Part shown: one piece after another, positions 11,370 through 24,482 of the stretch
Position numbering within the stretch: the first letter of the stretch is position 1
Layout: every line of letters starts with the position of its first letter
DNA from: Dipteris shenzhenensis
Taxonomy: Eukaryota
NCBI GenBank assembly: GCA_047967505.1
Contig: CM106538.1
Direction: 5' to 3' (one strand)
Length of the DNA: 64,000 nt
Made by a program: the position numbers and the translations under genes
Notes under the pieces: generated by a model
What the model saw: only the letters and a program-made list of their open reading frames with translations
The model's database searches: none
What the model was told of the DNA's origin: nothing

Positions 11370-14300
11370 AAAGATAAGCAAAGAGCAAATGGAGAAATTC
11401 AATAAGTTTTGTATCCTCAATAGGAAGGAGATGTAGAAGTCGATTGAGAGATATGAAGCGGCCAAAGCAAAAAGAATAGTTACAAGGAAGAGATTCAGAA
11501 TAATTTACAGGTGATTGCAACCATATCCACGGGATCTCGCCCTTCTCCCCACTCACATGTCACTTGATTGGCTACAACTGGCTCTATGTAAAGCTGAACA
11601 CGATGGAGAGACAATAAACGAGTGCGAGTGAGAGTTATCATCTGGATGTATGATGCATGTAAGTTTCTTACCTATTGACGTAATTAAGTAATTATTTGTG
11701 GCAATATACACTATAAAATAGATGCATCTTCATTGTTTTATTTATGCTCTTTTGCAATACAAAAAGTACAGTGTATTATGGTTGTATGGACAACATTTTC
11801 ACGGGAACGCATCGATTCAAAGAGAGTCACATATGATTGGGAGTCATGGTTAACTTCGCACAAGATAGTCGAGCAAGTGCTTTGGATACTAATCTTCTCT
11901 CCTCGCAGTTGGATTATTATGGGACCATACGCAAAATCTATGAAATTGATTTGAAACGATTTAGTATTTTCATTCTTTATGTAAAATGGTTTAGAACTAT
12001 TTACAATGGTCCCCATGCGACAGTGAGAAAAGATAGCAGTGGTTTCTTTGCAATAGACTCCACCAAACTTTGGACCGATGAAAGTCATACTTTTGTTCTT
12101 CTTGAGCATTGTGAGCAGGTGCATAATAATGATTTAATTAATTGAAGCTTTCGTTTTTAAAGATCCATTGATACATGTACTTAAGCATAATTTCATATAT
12201 ATAATTGATGGGATTTGGCACCCATCTTCAATATAGGTGGTTTTTCATCCGGATCGTTCTGATCCGAGATGGTGGTACGTGATCAAAGTTTTACCACGAA
12301 GTAAGAAAATTTTTGAAGATAGAGATGTGGATATGGAGATGCCATTACCAATGTCAGATCCAATTCATCCCGATGGATCTAGCGAAGAAGATGAAGATCA
12401 CAATATGAGCCAAGAGGAAGATGCACATAATGACATTGTAGGGAGGAAGATGGAAATCATGATATTGAGGAAGAAGATGACAATCATCAAGAATCACGAC
12501 ACTTTATTGAAGAAGATTAGGTCTTAGGTGAACATATGATGCTAGAGTACGATGATGATATAGGAGATCAACTCGGTATAGAGTTAGAGATAGACTTGTT
12601 TGGTGCATTAGACTTGGCTCAGCCGTTCATATAAATGCTCTTCATTGAATTTTTTCATCTCAAACTTGGACATGAATATATGAGCTTCAAAATTAATGTA
12701 AATGCTCTTGTACTTTTATTCTCTCAAAGGATCAAACATGTATCAAAAGGAAAAAAAAATTGTCCCTAGGAAAAACTATCTTTAAAGGTCAGTATGGGAA
12801 AAAACACTCTCTGTAAAACTTCGCTATAGGAAACTGTCTCAGTGTCGCTATATAACGACCATTCACAAGTCTAGTAAGTGTTGCTATATAGCGACTCTCT
12901 TTAAAGGTCGCTATATAGCGACTTTTGTCTAAAGTTGCTATATAGCGACACTAAACTAATCCCGCTTTGATTACTGACGATTAGCGCCCCGCGCATGCTA
13001 AACATCGATGCTTAAGCATTGGAATCGGGCCCTTGTGTAGTAGTGTTCACTTCAACATGCATTCCATTTAACAGTCTCCTTTTCTCTCTGAAATTTATAG
13101 TTGATTTAATATAGAAGTAGATTTCAATCATGAATTTCACAATAAACATGGCACTAGAGTGATGCAATACTCTTTAGAGCATGGAAAACAAGCATCCCAC
13201 TTGCTTGTATGTTGATTGACACTTGGTAAAGGAGGATATTGGCAAAGGAAGAGCTAAAGAGAGACCCTTAGAGGTGGATCTTGCAAAGTGCGAGGTGGAG
13301 CTAATGTGTTTTCTAGGCATCTTTTCTCATAGAAACCTCTTCTTTTTGTAGACTTGTGTGGATGGGAAGAACTCAAATTTGAGATAAGTCTCTTACTTCC
13401 TTGAACGTAACTATATGATGCTTTTAACTTATATAATGTTGATGTACTTAATAAACTTTCCATTCATGTTGCATGTAGCCTAACCTAGGTTGTAGCTCTA
13501 GAGAGGAGGGATCTCTAGGAAAGATGGATTTGGACAGAGTAGGCTCGGTGCATGCACTACTAACACACCCTCTATATGATGTGTGTTCAAGGGTCATTAA
13601 AAAAACCCCTAAACTGAAAACCACCCCACTTTACTTATTAACTCGTGGACACCTCCTTTTTAGAGGGCAAGGGATATGGAGAGGATAAAGGTTCTAGAGT
13701 CAGTGAAGTTAGAGGCAAGGATGAGATAGGTTCAGCCTCTAAGAGTAGTGCAGATTGAGGAGATCAATTAGGGATCTAGATTGGAGCTATTGATGTCTAT
13801 TGTATAGAGTATGAATATTTTGTATACTCTATTTGATTCTTCTTGTACATGTCCTCTTTGACTTAAACATTCATGCCCTCTCGAGGGAGCTTTTGTACTC
13901 ATAGGGAATTCTTGTACTCATGCCTTCAAGGATAATATGTTCATGTCACTTCAAGAGCTATTGCTATATAGATCTCATCTCTTTTATGTTCACTAAAAGT
14001 GGGTAATAATGGGAGTACAAGACCCCATTCCACCCCACCAAAATATTTTTATATTCCATAGAGATAGTGCTTAATGGGTATACCAATACTAATTTACTAT
14101 ACATTTTGCATCAATACGTGATGAATTCCTTGACTCAAATTTTTTGCATCTTTGGCATTGGTGCTACCAATAGTTCCTTTCCAATGAATATGATGACAAA
14201 AAATTTCAAACTTTTACACTTCAAAATTCTTTATTTCTTCACAAATTCCATTCGTACTACTGCGAAACATCACATGATAGCTTGTGTGCTAGTCATAGAG

Positions 14301-14922
14301 TATATTGTGCATTGAAAAAAAGGAGAGAAAAGAACTAGCTGAGGGATATTTTTTGGTTTTGTCACATGATTGCTCCACTATTACTACTACTTCCTTTGGC
14401 ATGGGTGAACCAATTATCAAATCCAATCGGTTTGGTTACCTTCTTCTCATTAGTGCACATATACGTGGTGGGCATGAGTCAGGTAGCTGTCACCTCTTAT
14501 TGAATAGGACGAGATTCTTTTGATCTTGCATGTTTGTCCCCTTAACTTTGACATTTTGAAGAAGCATGCAAATGAATCATCTTCATCCAAGGATGTTTTT
14601 ATCGAAGCTATGATTATATATTAATATAAAATATTGGCAAAAATTTTCAAGATCATTTTTTAAGTTTCACAACATTGGTAGAATGTAGTACTTTTTTTTC
14701 TATTTTCTTTTAAATTTTGAAGGAATAAATGTAAACCCTAGCAAAACTTTGAATTTTTTTGCATGAGTTTCAAATCCTCGCGAATGTTTCAAGCATTTAT
14801 TTTTATAAGGGCATACAAATTTTCGACACCAATATAAAAGTTTAACTAACTTGAAAAAATCATCCATGTCTTCATCTAAATATGGAAAAAGCAACTACCA
14901 TTTCCTCATTAGACGCCTTATA
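11120..14922 (+). repeat. Tandem segmental duplication, copy 1 (3.8 kb, no insertions)
   Basis: Colinear with 14921-15123 + 30685-31699 + 37198-39802. Confidence 0.92.
11370..13045 (+). mobile_element. Second CACTA family A right portion (tnp2 DUF4216-like remnant) ending in a TIR
   Basis: LDYYGTIRKIYEIDL..FILYVKWF..SGFFAIDSTKLW. GTCGCTATATAGCGAC repeats at 12844-12950. Terminus TGTGTAGTAGTG at 13045. Confidence 0.85.
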
Positions 14923-16289
14923 AGGCCTATATGGAAAAAAAAAACCTCTCTAGAAATTGTCGCTATAAAATATTATATCAGTGTCGCTATATAGCGAATA
15001 TAGCGACTTTTAGCAAGCGTCGCTATATAGCGACGCTTTACGGAACCCGCTTTTCATACCGACGATTAACACTAAGCGGGCACTAAACATTGGTACGTAA
15101 ACATCGCAATAGGATCCGTGTGTCATTAGGAAAAAAGGGAGCTCATTTTGGGGCCTTTTACGGTTTGGAAAAATAAGCTCTCAACCAATCAATAGAGGGC
15201 CAACGTAACGTTAAATTCACGAAAATAAGAGAAAATAGAAAAAAGAAACAATACTTTATGTAGGTACAAGCGTGCTACATTAATGTGCAGATTGGCTTTT
15301 TTTCTCACAAGATCTTTGGACAAGAAGATAGAATCTAGTCTGACATTTTATCTGACAAGGGCCTTCCTGCTTCCACCTTCCTTTGAACTTTGAAATGTTG
15401 TGCCGCCTTTCCTTCGAAAGGTCTACCATTCTACACCACTGCCTCATTGTGCAGCAACCTCTTCTTTTCCAAAACTGCTCCCTTGATCCTGTTTGGCGTA
15501 GAGTAAGATGTTTCTTGTCAACTGTCTGTCTGCCCACTTTCTCTTTCTTGAAACTTCAATTTGTTATCTTGTTTACATTACTTTGCTATTGTTACAGATT
15601 CAAAAGGTCTCCATGGTGAATAAAAACCATGGCCATTCTTGTGGAAGATGCTCTGTGCACAACAAGACAAAGCACCCATAGACGCGCATAGACGCATTTC
15701 ATGAACTAAATAAAAAACTTACGGGCGCGTCTATTTGCACATCTATTTTCGCGTCTAGAGACCCGCGTCTAATTGCACGTCTATATATCAGACACACACG
15801 CGTATAGACACGTAGTTAGATGCATAAATAGATGCGCTTATAAACGCGTTTATAGATGCACATATAGATGCAAGTCGAACAGACAGACGCGAATATAAAC
15901 GCGTTTTTAAACGCACTGATAGACGCGCTTTTTTTTTTTTTTTTTTAATTTACAGAATACTGTGTATGTTGTGTATGCTATATAGTTACAAGAATCACAT
16001 ATCCACATTGTGTAATTCAATTCTTACAGCCAACCGCATTTTAATTACAATTCCAAATAAAACATTACAACTCCAAAACGCAATAAAATTGAAAGCTCAA
16101 AAAGTGCTTGTATATACATATAGCACGAAGCTAAGCCACGTCATGTGGCTTCAAGTACAAAAAATAAGGAAGCTAAGCCACGTCATGTGGCTTCAAGTAC
16201 AAAAAATAAGAGGAGTCTATATACAAGAGGCACCAAGCCAAGCCAGTGGCTTTAAGTACAAAAAAGAGTAGCTAGCACTACTTCTACGA

Positions 16290-17698
16290 CTAATCCTCGC
16301 TGCCTTCCACGCTCCCTTCAGCGCTCCCTTCTGCGCCTCCTTCCTCGTCTTCCTCGTCGTCTTGTGCATGGGCCTATAAACAAGGGACAACATATATCAA
16401 TGTATGAAAAATCAAATCTTTACTTATAATTTTGGCATTATTTAATTACTTTCAAATACCTGGGGGGCCGCTCCAGTAGCTCGGGTATACTACTCCTCAG
16501 TAATCAACCCATTATCATAGAAGTGCCTCCATGTATCTCCTCTACGATGGTGGTAGTGGTAGGCTGTCTCCACTGGAGTAGGGTATCTGCCCACGATCTC
16601 AAGCTGCATGACCACGACACACTTTGCAGAGGGATTAGTACAAAGAAACAACCAACCTCCTAATAAACTACATAAGCAATATAATTTGAGATTGATACTT
16701 ATAAATTGGGCCTCCCATGATTCAACACCCCCTGCTCCAAAATGCGTGCTTCCATATTCCTCCATCTGGATCCTCCGTGCCTCCACATGCTGCAGACTGG
16801 GGTCCTCCCTCGCTGACTTCATTGCCTTCTTCCACTCACGCTTGTGAGCAGTGTGGGGCGGGCCCCTTGGTGCTTGACCTGCCTCAAGCTTGGCAAGCTC
16901 CGCTAGTGCATGCCTCTTAAGCGAAAATCTTTTATTGCTAAGTATCGTAACAATCTTTGACTTCCCCCATTTATCTGTGAACTGGTGATTGGGGGGGTTA
17001 GAATACGTAGAGCGAACAGTAGCGAGGGTCTCATCAGCCAACCTCTTTGGGTGGTCTTTGTAGTGGATAAAGCAATCTCTATAATTGTTAGCAATTACAG
17101 AGCGCATGAAGGCCATGATGTCCTTCCCCCGCGCATCCATCAAGATGCCTCCTGTCTGAGTGATGTCATAATAAATCGTACCATCACCCAGAGGCACGTC
17201 TAAATCATCTGAATCATCATCCTCCTCACCGCCACATGGCCCAAAGCACTGTGCCATGCATCCCCCACCGCTCTCCCTGCTACTACGCCTGCTACCCTGT
17301 CATGTCGAGCTCGTACGCTGGCCACTCGTAGCTGGGGACTGCACGGGACTACGCTGACCACTCATAGCTGGAGAACCAAGTCTCGACGACACAGGAGTAC
17401 GTTGTCGGCTCGCCGAGACAGAAGGACCTCCTGACGGCATGGGGGAAGGGGCATAAGACGATACGAGGGAAGGGGCATTAGAAGGGGCATAAGACGGCTA
17501 TGCTGACTCCGTTGAGGTGATCTCAGGCGGTGTGGGGTGGCTTGGAGTCTGTAGTGCCGACTCCTAGGGAGTGTTTAGAGTACCCGTCATATACCTGAAT
17601 AACCCCACAGGACTAAGAGGGTGCCCTAAAAGGTTATATAAGTCCTTCCAAATAGATTCCCGGGGATCAGGTGAGCTAGAAGTGCTTCCTGGCCACAT
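16290..17698 (-). pseudogene. En/Spm accessory ORF (TnpA/ORF2-like, function unassigned), copy 1
   Basis: MWPGS..PDPRESIWKDLYNLLG start, ORF 16490-17257 and short GT-AG introns. Conserved in all three copies. Confidence 0.65.
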
Positions 17699-18580
17699 GT
17701 TGAACTAGAAAAAAGGAAAACAATCTATTACTGATGAGTTGAGAAGAAAGGAGAAGAAAAGAGAGGCTTACTGTCAGAGCACGTCTCTAGATGCCGCGCC
17801 TGATTTACGCGTCTAACAGAGCGTCTAACTACTCGTCTAACAGAGCATCTAACAGAGCGTCAACAGAGCATCTAACAGAGCGTCTAACAGACGCGTCTGT
17901 CTGTGTCTGCAACAAGCCAGACGCGCGGTTAGACGTGCCTGTAGATGCGCTTTTAGACGCACCCTGAGACGCGCCTATAGACGCGCTCCGACAGATAAGA
18001 TTTCTAAAAAGTAGAAAAGGACATTGCGCCCGACACAAAAATGTGACACTAATACCTAGATCATGCGCTTCTTGGATACAAGAAAGTACAAAACTGGAGA
18101 GAGCAAACTTCCAAACAAGATCAACTGCAAAAAGGCTTACTTGGATAGAGGTATGGAAGGTTCTTCTTTCTTTTTCAAAGTTGCTTCTTCTCCTTGTTCG
18201 TCCTCCTCTCCTTTAAGCTTAGAAGTAAGTGTGGGTGCCTTTCTCTTGAGTGTAAGCTTGGAAGTAAATATGGGAGGCTCCCTCTTAAGCTTCGAAACTA
18301 TGGATCTGCTAATAAAGAAGGAAGCAAGCCGCACGAAGTTTAAGTAATGTGAAGAAAAGCAAAGCGAGCGGCGTGCCGAAAAGTAGGTTTAAAAGCAGCG
18401 TCTATAGTCGCATCTAATAGCGCGTCTATAGGCGCGTCTAAATACACAAAGTAGACACGCGTTTAGACATGCCGTTAGACGCGATGTTAGACGCGACTAT
18501 AGACGCGACGATAGATGCAACACAGAGTTTAAATTAAACATTTGAGGAAGAGCAAATTTGGTGGGTTGTTTGTTTGTAGG

Positions 18581-21500
18581 ATGTCTCCATCTTCAATAAG
18601 TAGCTCCAGTGAGGATGAATCCCTCCGTATCCACCATCGCGAAATGTGGTTGGAGCAAAAAATCAAATGTCTGTGTGATCGATGTCGAGGAAACATGTAT
18701 CGTGCATGCAGGATTACACTCAATCATATCTCAAAGTATGGAGAATGGGATGTGATCATAAACAGGGTAAGGGTTTGTAAGTTAAGGTTGATTGAGATAC
18801 CTATGGGTGTTCATATGTTTGAGTTATGATCCTGTTTCAATTTGATACAGGATGCAGTGCCACACCCGCATATGTTACCCTATGCCCGTCGTGAGGAGGC
18901 CAAGCATCGGCGATATGAGGTGGGATCTTTAGGAGGGACCGTTACAGATGCATGGAGTGATGGTGATAGTAGCCCTCCGCCATTACCTCATGAAGCCGTG
19001 GAGGAGGAGGTGTTTGATGATATGGTGTGGGATTTATATGTCCATCAAGGAAGGGATAATAGCATGGAGCAGGATGACCTTTTTACCGCAGCATTGACTC
19101 CACTATTTGAGGGGTGCACATTCTCTATTCTACGTGCCTCCCTTGAGTTACTAAAGTTGCAAACCATCTATGGATGGAGCAATGCAAGTTTGAATGCATT
19201 ACTCAAGTAAGCTTTAAAGTCAATTTTGCAAACATGGTGAATTATGCTAGTGGGTCAATTACTCGAATGCTTTTCCTCATTTATGGTCTTCACGTGCAGG
19301 CTATTGTGTAAAATGCTTCCAAGGGAGAATAAACTACCGACCTCAAGAGATATGGCAAGGCAACATGTGACCTCTCTTGGAGGATTAGATTACAAGCGCA
19401 TCCATGCATGTGTCAACGATTGTGTTTTGTTTCGTGGACTACATAAGGATGCAAGAGAGTATCCTACTTGTGGAGAGGCAAGATATAGAGCAGATGGATG
19501 TGCCTCGTAAGGTATTGGGACATTTTCCCATAATCCCTCGCATCCAACATATGTTCAAGTGCAAATCTATTGCAGAGCTCATGTCATGGCATTCCTCCCA
19601 TTGATCAACCGATGGCAAGTGGAGAACTCCTGCGGACTCTCCTGCGTGGAAGCATATTGAAGACACATGGCCAAGCTTCAAGGAAGAACCTAGGAGCTTG
19701 AGACTTGGATTGGGTATGGACGGTGTGAACCCATTTGGTCTCAAAAGCACGTCTTACAGTGTATGGCCAGTGGTATTGGTGAATTACAATCTTCTGCCCT
19801 CTATGGCTATTAAGAAAGGACATGTCATGCTGTCCCTTCTAATTCCAGGGAAACATAAAGTCAAAAACCCTGATGTTTATTTGGAGCCTTTGATTGATGA
19901 GCTAGAGATACTTTGGAGAGGTATCGAGGTGCATGATGTGAGCAGGCCTCCCTTGTCATGAGACTTCAACTGCAAAGCAGTCTTGATGTGGATGATGCAT
20001 GACTTCCTAGGCTATGGCGAGTGTTCAGGTAAGCATTGCATTTTTTAATTATGAATAGGCAAAGGATGTGGCACCCTAAACCCACCTTCCACTCTTAATT
20101 GCATCTATTGTTCAGGTCTCACTACATTGGGTTACCATGCATGTCCTATTTGTGGTCCTTCGCTAGTTGCCTCACGGGCAGATGCATTGAATAAGGTCAT
20201 CTATGAGAATCACCATCGATTTCTCCCACCTGATCATCCTAGATATGTTGCCCCTTGGAATGAAGTCCTCCCACAATCACTCACCGCGGGAGATTGGATG
20301 AGAATTTGGGACGGTTCCACGACTCCACCACCACTTGGCATGAGCCGGTAAGGGTTTGTAACTATTGGCTGGAAGTAAAGATTGGCTATATTGGCTGAAA
20401 GTAAAGATTGCATGCTAACACTTTATTTTGTTTAGATACTCCATCTTTTATCGTCTACCATATTGGTCCCACCTCAAGATCAATCACCTGCTTGATCCCA
20501 TGCATATCTTCAAGAATGTGGCATCTACCATTTGGGAGCATTTGAATGGGACACGAGATTCGGCAGGCATAAGGGAGGATCTACATACCACAGGGAGGAT
20601 GCATGAAGCTTGGCCTCAAGAGAGACCAAATGGGTGTGTTTTTTTACCTCGTGCACCGTGGATGTTATCAAAGCTAGAGATGGCGATGGTGAAGCGCGCT
20701 ATTACTACAATTCGTACTCCCACTGGATGCATGAGGTGTTTGAAGGGAGCCTTTACAAAGAGCAAGAAAAGAGGTGTAGAGCAATTATATGGCTTGAAAT
20801 CTCATGATTGGCACAAGATGCTCCAAGTAAGTATTTTATATGCATAATATCTTTTTCCTTTCAAATTTGTGTGTGAATAGCTATAAGCAACTAATCAACC
20901 ACCTCCTCGCGGGTTCAGTTCATACTACCTACTAGCATTTCACGTAGTGCATCGAAGGACGTGAAAGATTGTATTTACAAGATGGGCGAGCTTGTGAGGT
21001 ATGTGAGCTCAAAGGAAATAGATCCCACCACGCTTGAGAATTCTCGAGTTATGTCAGTGGAGGCGGTTTGTTTAGTGGAGGAGACATTTCCACGTTCTAT
21101 TCTCACAAGCCAACTACATCTCATAGTGCATTTGGTGGATGAGATTGCTATATGCGGTACTATACATGCACGATGGTTGTTCTTCTTGGAGCGCTTCATG
21201 AAAACCTTGAAGGTCTTCGTGAGACAAAATGCAAGACCCGAAGGTAGCATGGCCGAGGGTTGGTTGGTACAAGAGTCACTTGTATATATTTCTGAGTTTC
21301 TTGTTGATGTGGATAGCTCTCTCCCACGACTATGGAGAGATGATGAAGACCTAAGGATGACCTCCATTGTGCCTCAAGGAAAAGGACACAACAAAGTAAT
21401 AGACACGGAGTTGCATAATAGTATCAACCTCTTTTGCGTGCTTAATAGTGATGTGATGAAAAGATGGGTGACAAGATACGAGGATGCAAAGGCAAGAAGA

Positions 21501-22546
21501 CAAGAAGAAAGGGCCCTCTTTCATACACACCACGGATCTCTGTGCCATACCCTCAACATCTAAGAGCACTTCCAAAGGATATTCATGTGTATTGGCTACT
21601 TAATGAAATGGAGAAAGCAGAGAAAGATGAGGGGATGCATATCACAATGGAAGAATGGGAGTATGCTAGGGGATGCATGAGCAAGGTCGGTATATAGAAT
21701 GTTATGCATAAGTTAGGAGCTTTTTATAATTTAGATTGCTTATTTAATTGATTTTTTCTTGGTGTAGTGCACTATGTTCAATGCTATATGGTGTGAGGGC
21801 AAGCATTTTCAAACACAATGGATTGATGATAAGAGAAACACACAAGATTGCGGCGTCATTGCTAGCTTTGAGGGAGCCAATGGAGCCATGGATGATTATT
21901 GTGGCATAATCCAAGATATTATTATGCTTGACTTTCGACGCTTCTTTGTGTATGTTTTGGATGTAAAGTGGTTTAAGGACATGGTGGAAAGAGGCCCTAA
22001 TGCAACAATCAAACGCCATGCAAGTGGCTTTGTAACTATTGACTCCACAAAGTTTTGGCAAAGTAGGAAGGACACACTAGTACTACTGCAACAATGTGAA
22101 CAGGTACTGTGCACACATATAAAAATACTCGCTTTTAAATATTTGATGCAAGAAAAGTAACATGATTGTATTTGTGTTTGAATTAGGTTGTCTATCAACC
22201 AATGGTGGATAATAATAAATGGTGGCATGTCATACCTATTATGCCACGTTCCAGAGTGATGTATAGTACATTTACTAATATGGAGCGTATGGAGGATGAT
22301 CATGGCCATGGACGTGATGATGACCATGATACAAGAGAGGAGGATGATCATGAGATAGGAGATATAGATATTGAGGCCATTACCCATGAGGACAAGCCTA
22401 CCATTCGAGATGCTGATTTCAATGAGCACATGAGTGGCACAAGTAGTAGTGGGTTGAATGTATTTGTAGATCTAAACACTTGTTTGGATTTTGAAGTAGA
22501 TAGTTTGGCAAGGGTTGATCTCATTGAGGATGAGATTGAACCGTAG
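18581..22546 (+). pseudogene. tnp2: En/Spm Tnp2/TnpD transposase, multi-exon, disrupted
   Basis: KCLCDRC..NHISKYG; IHACVNDCVLF; RLGLGMDGVNPFG..SVWPVVLVNYNL; LDPMHIFKNV; GLKSHDWH; HLIVHLVDEIAICG..ERFMKTLK..RPEGSMAEG; YCGIIQDI..VKWF. Frameshift at about 19495 and stops at about 19602 and 19959. Confidence 0.93.
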
Positions 22547-24482
22547 CCCCATAATTGATATTGGCAAAACTATTTTACATATTGTCTCATTCTCCTCATC
22601 TCACTTAATTCTTGTATATGTGGGCTCACAAAAAATTATGTGCTTTGGTAATCATGGGCAATGTTTGGAAAGCAATGATGTACACCAAAATCTCACTTTC
22701 TGTATTCTCTGGTTTGCGTCTATTTACACATCTAAATGCGCGTTTGATTCTCAGTGTAAACGTGCAAATAAACGTGCAAATACATGCGCAAATAGATGCG
22801 CTAATAAACGGGATGTTAGATGGGCCCGTATTTTCTCAGGTTAGACGAGCACGTAGACGCGGTAATTTACACGCAAATAGACGAGCTTTTAGACGCGCAT
22901 TTAGACGCATCCGTAATTTCTCTACTAAAGCAATGCCTATAGACGCGCCCGCTATTTTGCGCATCTACCATGCACGTCTATAGATGCTTTGTGTTGTTGT
23001 GGTGGATGATAATGCTATGAAGGCAGAATTATACCACACATCCTTACCTCGTCGACCTGCTTCTTCTATTTCTTCGGTAGAGAATTCCAGTACAGTCAAA
23101 ACGGAAGGAACTTGGGAAAGGTTTAGTGTTTTGAGAGGAGCATGGGTGCTCATGCAACCTAGCAAAAGAAAAAGACCCCAGACAAAAAACATTTTCTTGG
23201 CATCATGGAAGGGAAGAGTACGAGATTTTAAAATCACCAGAGGGAAGATATCGATGAAAGAAGTTTTGATTCAACATGTGTACATGCATAAAGAACTTGT
23301 CTTACAAGACTATCCAAATGATCTTCCGCAACACAGGCCTAATTGTATATTTTTCTATTGTGGTTTTTTTCTTTACGAGGTGTATGGATTTTTAAGATGA
23401 AGCTTTCTTTCTTTGCTTATTGACATTCTTGTGTTATTTTATTTCAGATTTATACCCTTCATCGTATGAGACATGGCAAAACATCGATTGTATTCTGGGA
23501 TTTATAGATGTTCTGCATGGATCGATAGGAGAACAACAATACCAAGGTCGATGTGCAACAGAGCTAGCTCAATCAGGTATACTTTTTACTGATCATTTTT
23601 ATCAGTTGCTGGACAATGCTAACACACATGGTGTGTTAAGGAAACAAGACCTTCGAGCATGGAATTCAATGGATTAGCCTCATCCACATTCTAGTGTTAC
23701 AGAGACATATAGGGCCAAGCTTTTCAAAGAAGTACAAAAAGCTCTGAGGCCCAATATTGCCACAAGGATAATAAAAATTTCTTTATGCATGCCTCTCACA
23801 GTTTTTGTGGACTTGTTTAATACCTTTCTAGTGAAGGTTTCAAAAACAATGTTCATAGTTAAAGCAACAAGTTCGGCATGCATGCCACAATTTCTGGATA
23901 AAGGTTGGGATAAGAAGACATGTAGTTCAGTGTTTTGTGAGGTTGTCCAACCTTCTATGCAATTGAAGTACATGGTTGCTCATAAAATTTTATTTTTTCT
24001 TTTTATTATAAGCGCAGTCGAATGCTAGGCACAAAACTAGTCCAAATGGATCAAGATGAAGATTCTTTTGGTGCACAAAATAAACTTCTTGATATTGATG
24101 TTGTTGAGAATGGTGATGTGCTAGTCAATATCTCATTAAGAGAATGTTGCTCCCTAGCTCAATTGTGCAATGACATTCTGTTTGAGACAGAAGGTTCTAT
24201 TTCAAACGACTTTTTATTTATCTACAACAATAAAAAGGTACACCATCTGATTTATCCTAGTCTCATTAAGCACTGCTATTAGTTTACTTTACCCTATTGA
24301 TTCATATTGCTTTTTTGCAGGTGCTCAAAAGAAGAGAGAGCTCAATAAAATGCAAAGGCATTGAAAATTTGAAAATTGAGATAACACAGACTCCATAAAC
24401 AAAGGTTTTGTATTCAATCAAGTAAAATTTTGTACAGAAGTGTTTAGTTGTACATGTAGAACATATTCCTGACATCCATTTT

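Larger units (their letters stand above)
15658..23001 (+). mobile_element. En/Spm (CACTA-superfamily) element with CACAA termini, copy 1 (7344 bp)
   Basis: Ends CACAACAAGACAAAGCA and TGCTTTGTGTTGTTGTG. 3-bp TSD GTG (15655-57 and 23002-04). AGACGCGTCT subterminal repeats and a tnp2 gene. Confidence 0.93.
15598..24398 (+). pseudogene. BAH-like + C-terminal ubiquitin-like domain protein (cargo), split by the En/Spm insertion 15658-23001
   Basis: Exons 15598-15657 + 23005-23344, 23448-24237 and 24321-24398. The frame is restored when the insertion and one TSD copy are removed. BAH-like motifs GAWVLMQP, WKGRVRDF, VLIQHVYMHKEL, NYLYPSSYETWQNIDCILGFIDVLH, LFTDHFY. Ubl-like SLAQLCNDI..FLFIYNNKKV..RRE. 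One stop (23675) and one frameshift (about 24010). Confidence 0.6.

Noticed and set aside
13474-14018. Solo LTR (TGTAG..GTACA), also near 38306-38881
   Set aside because: No TSD, PBS or PPT; boundaries cannot be supported.
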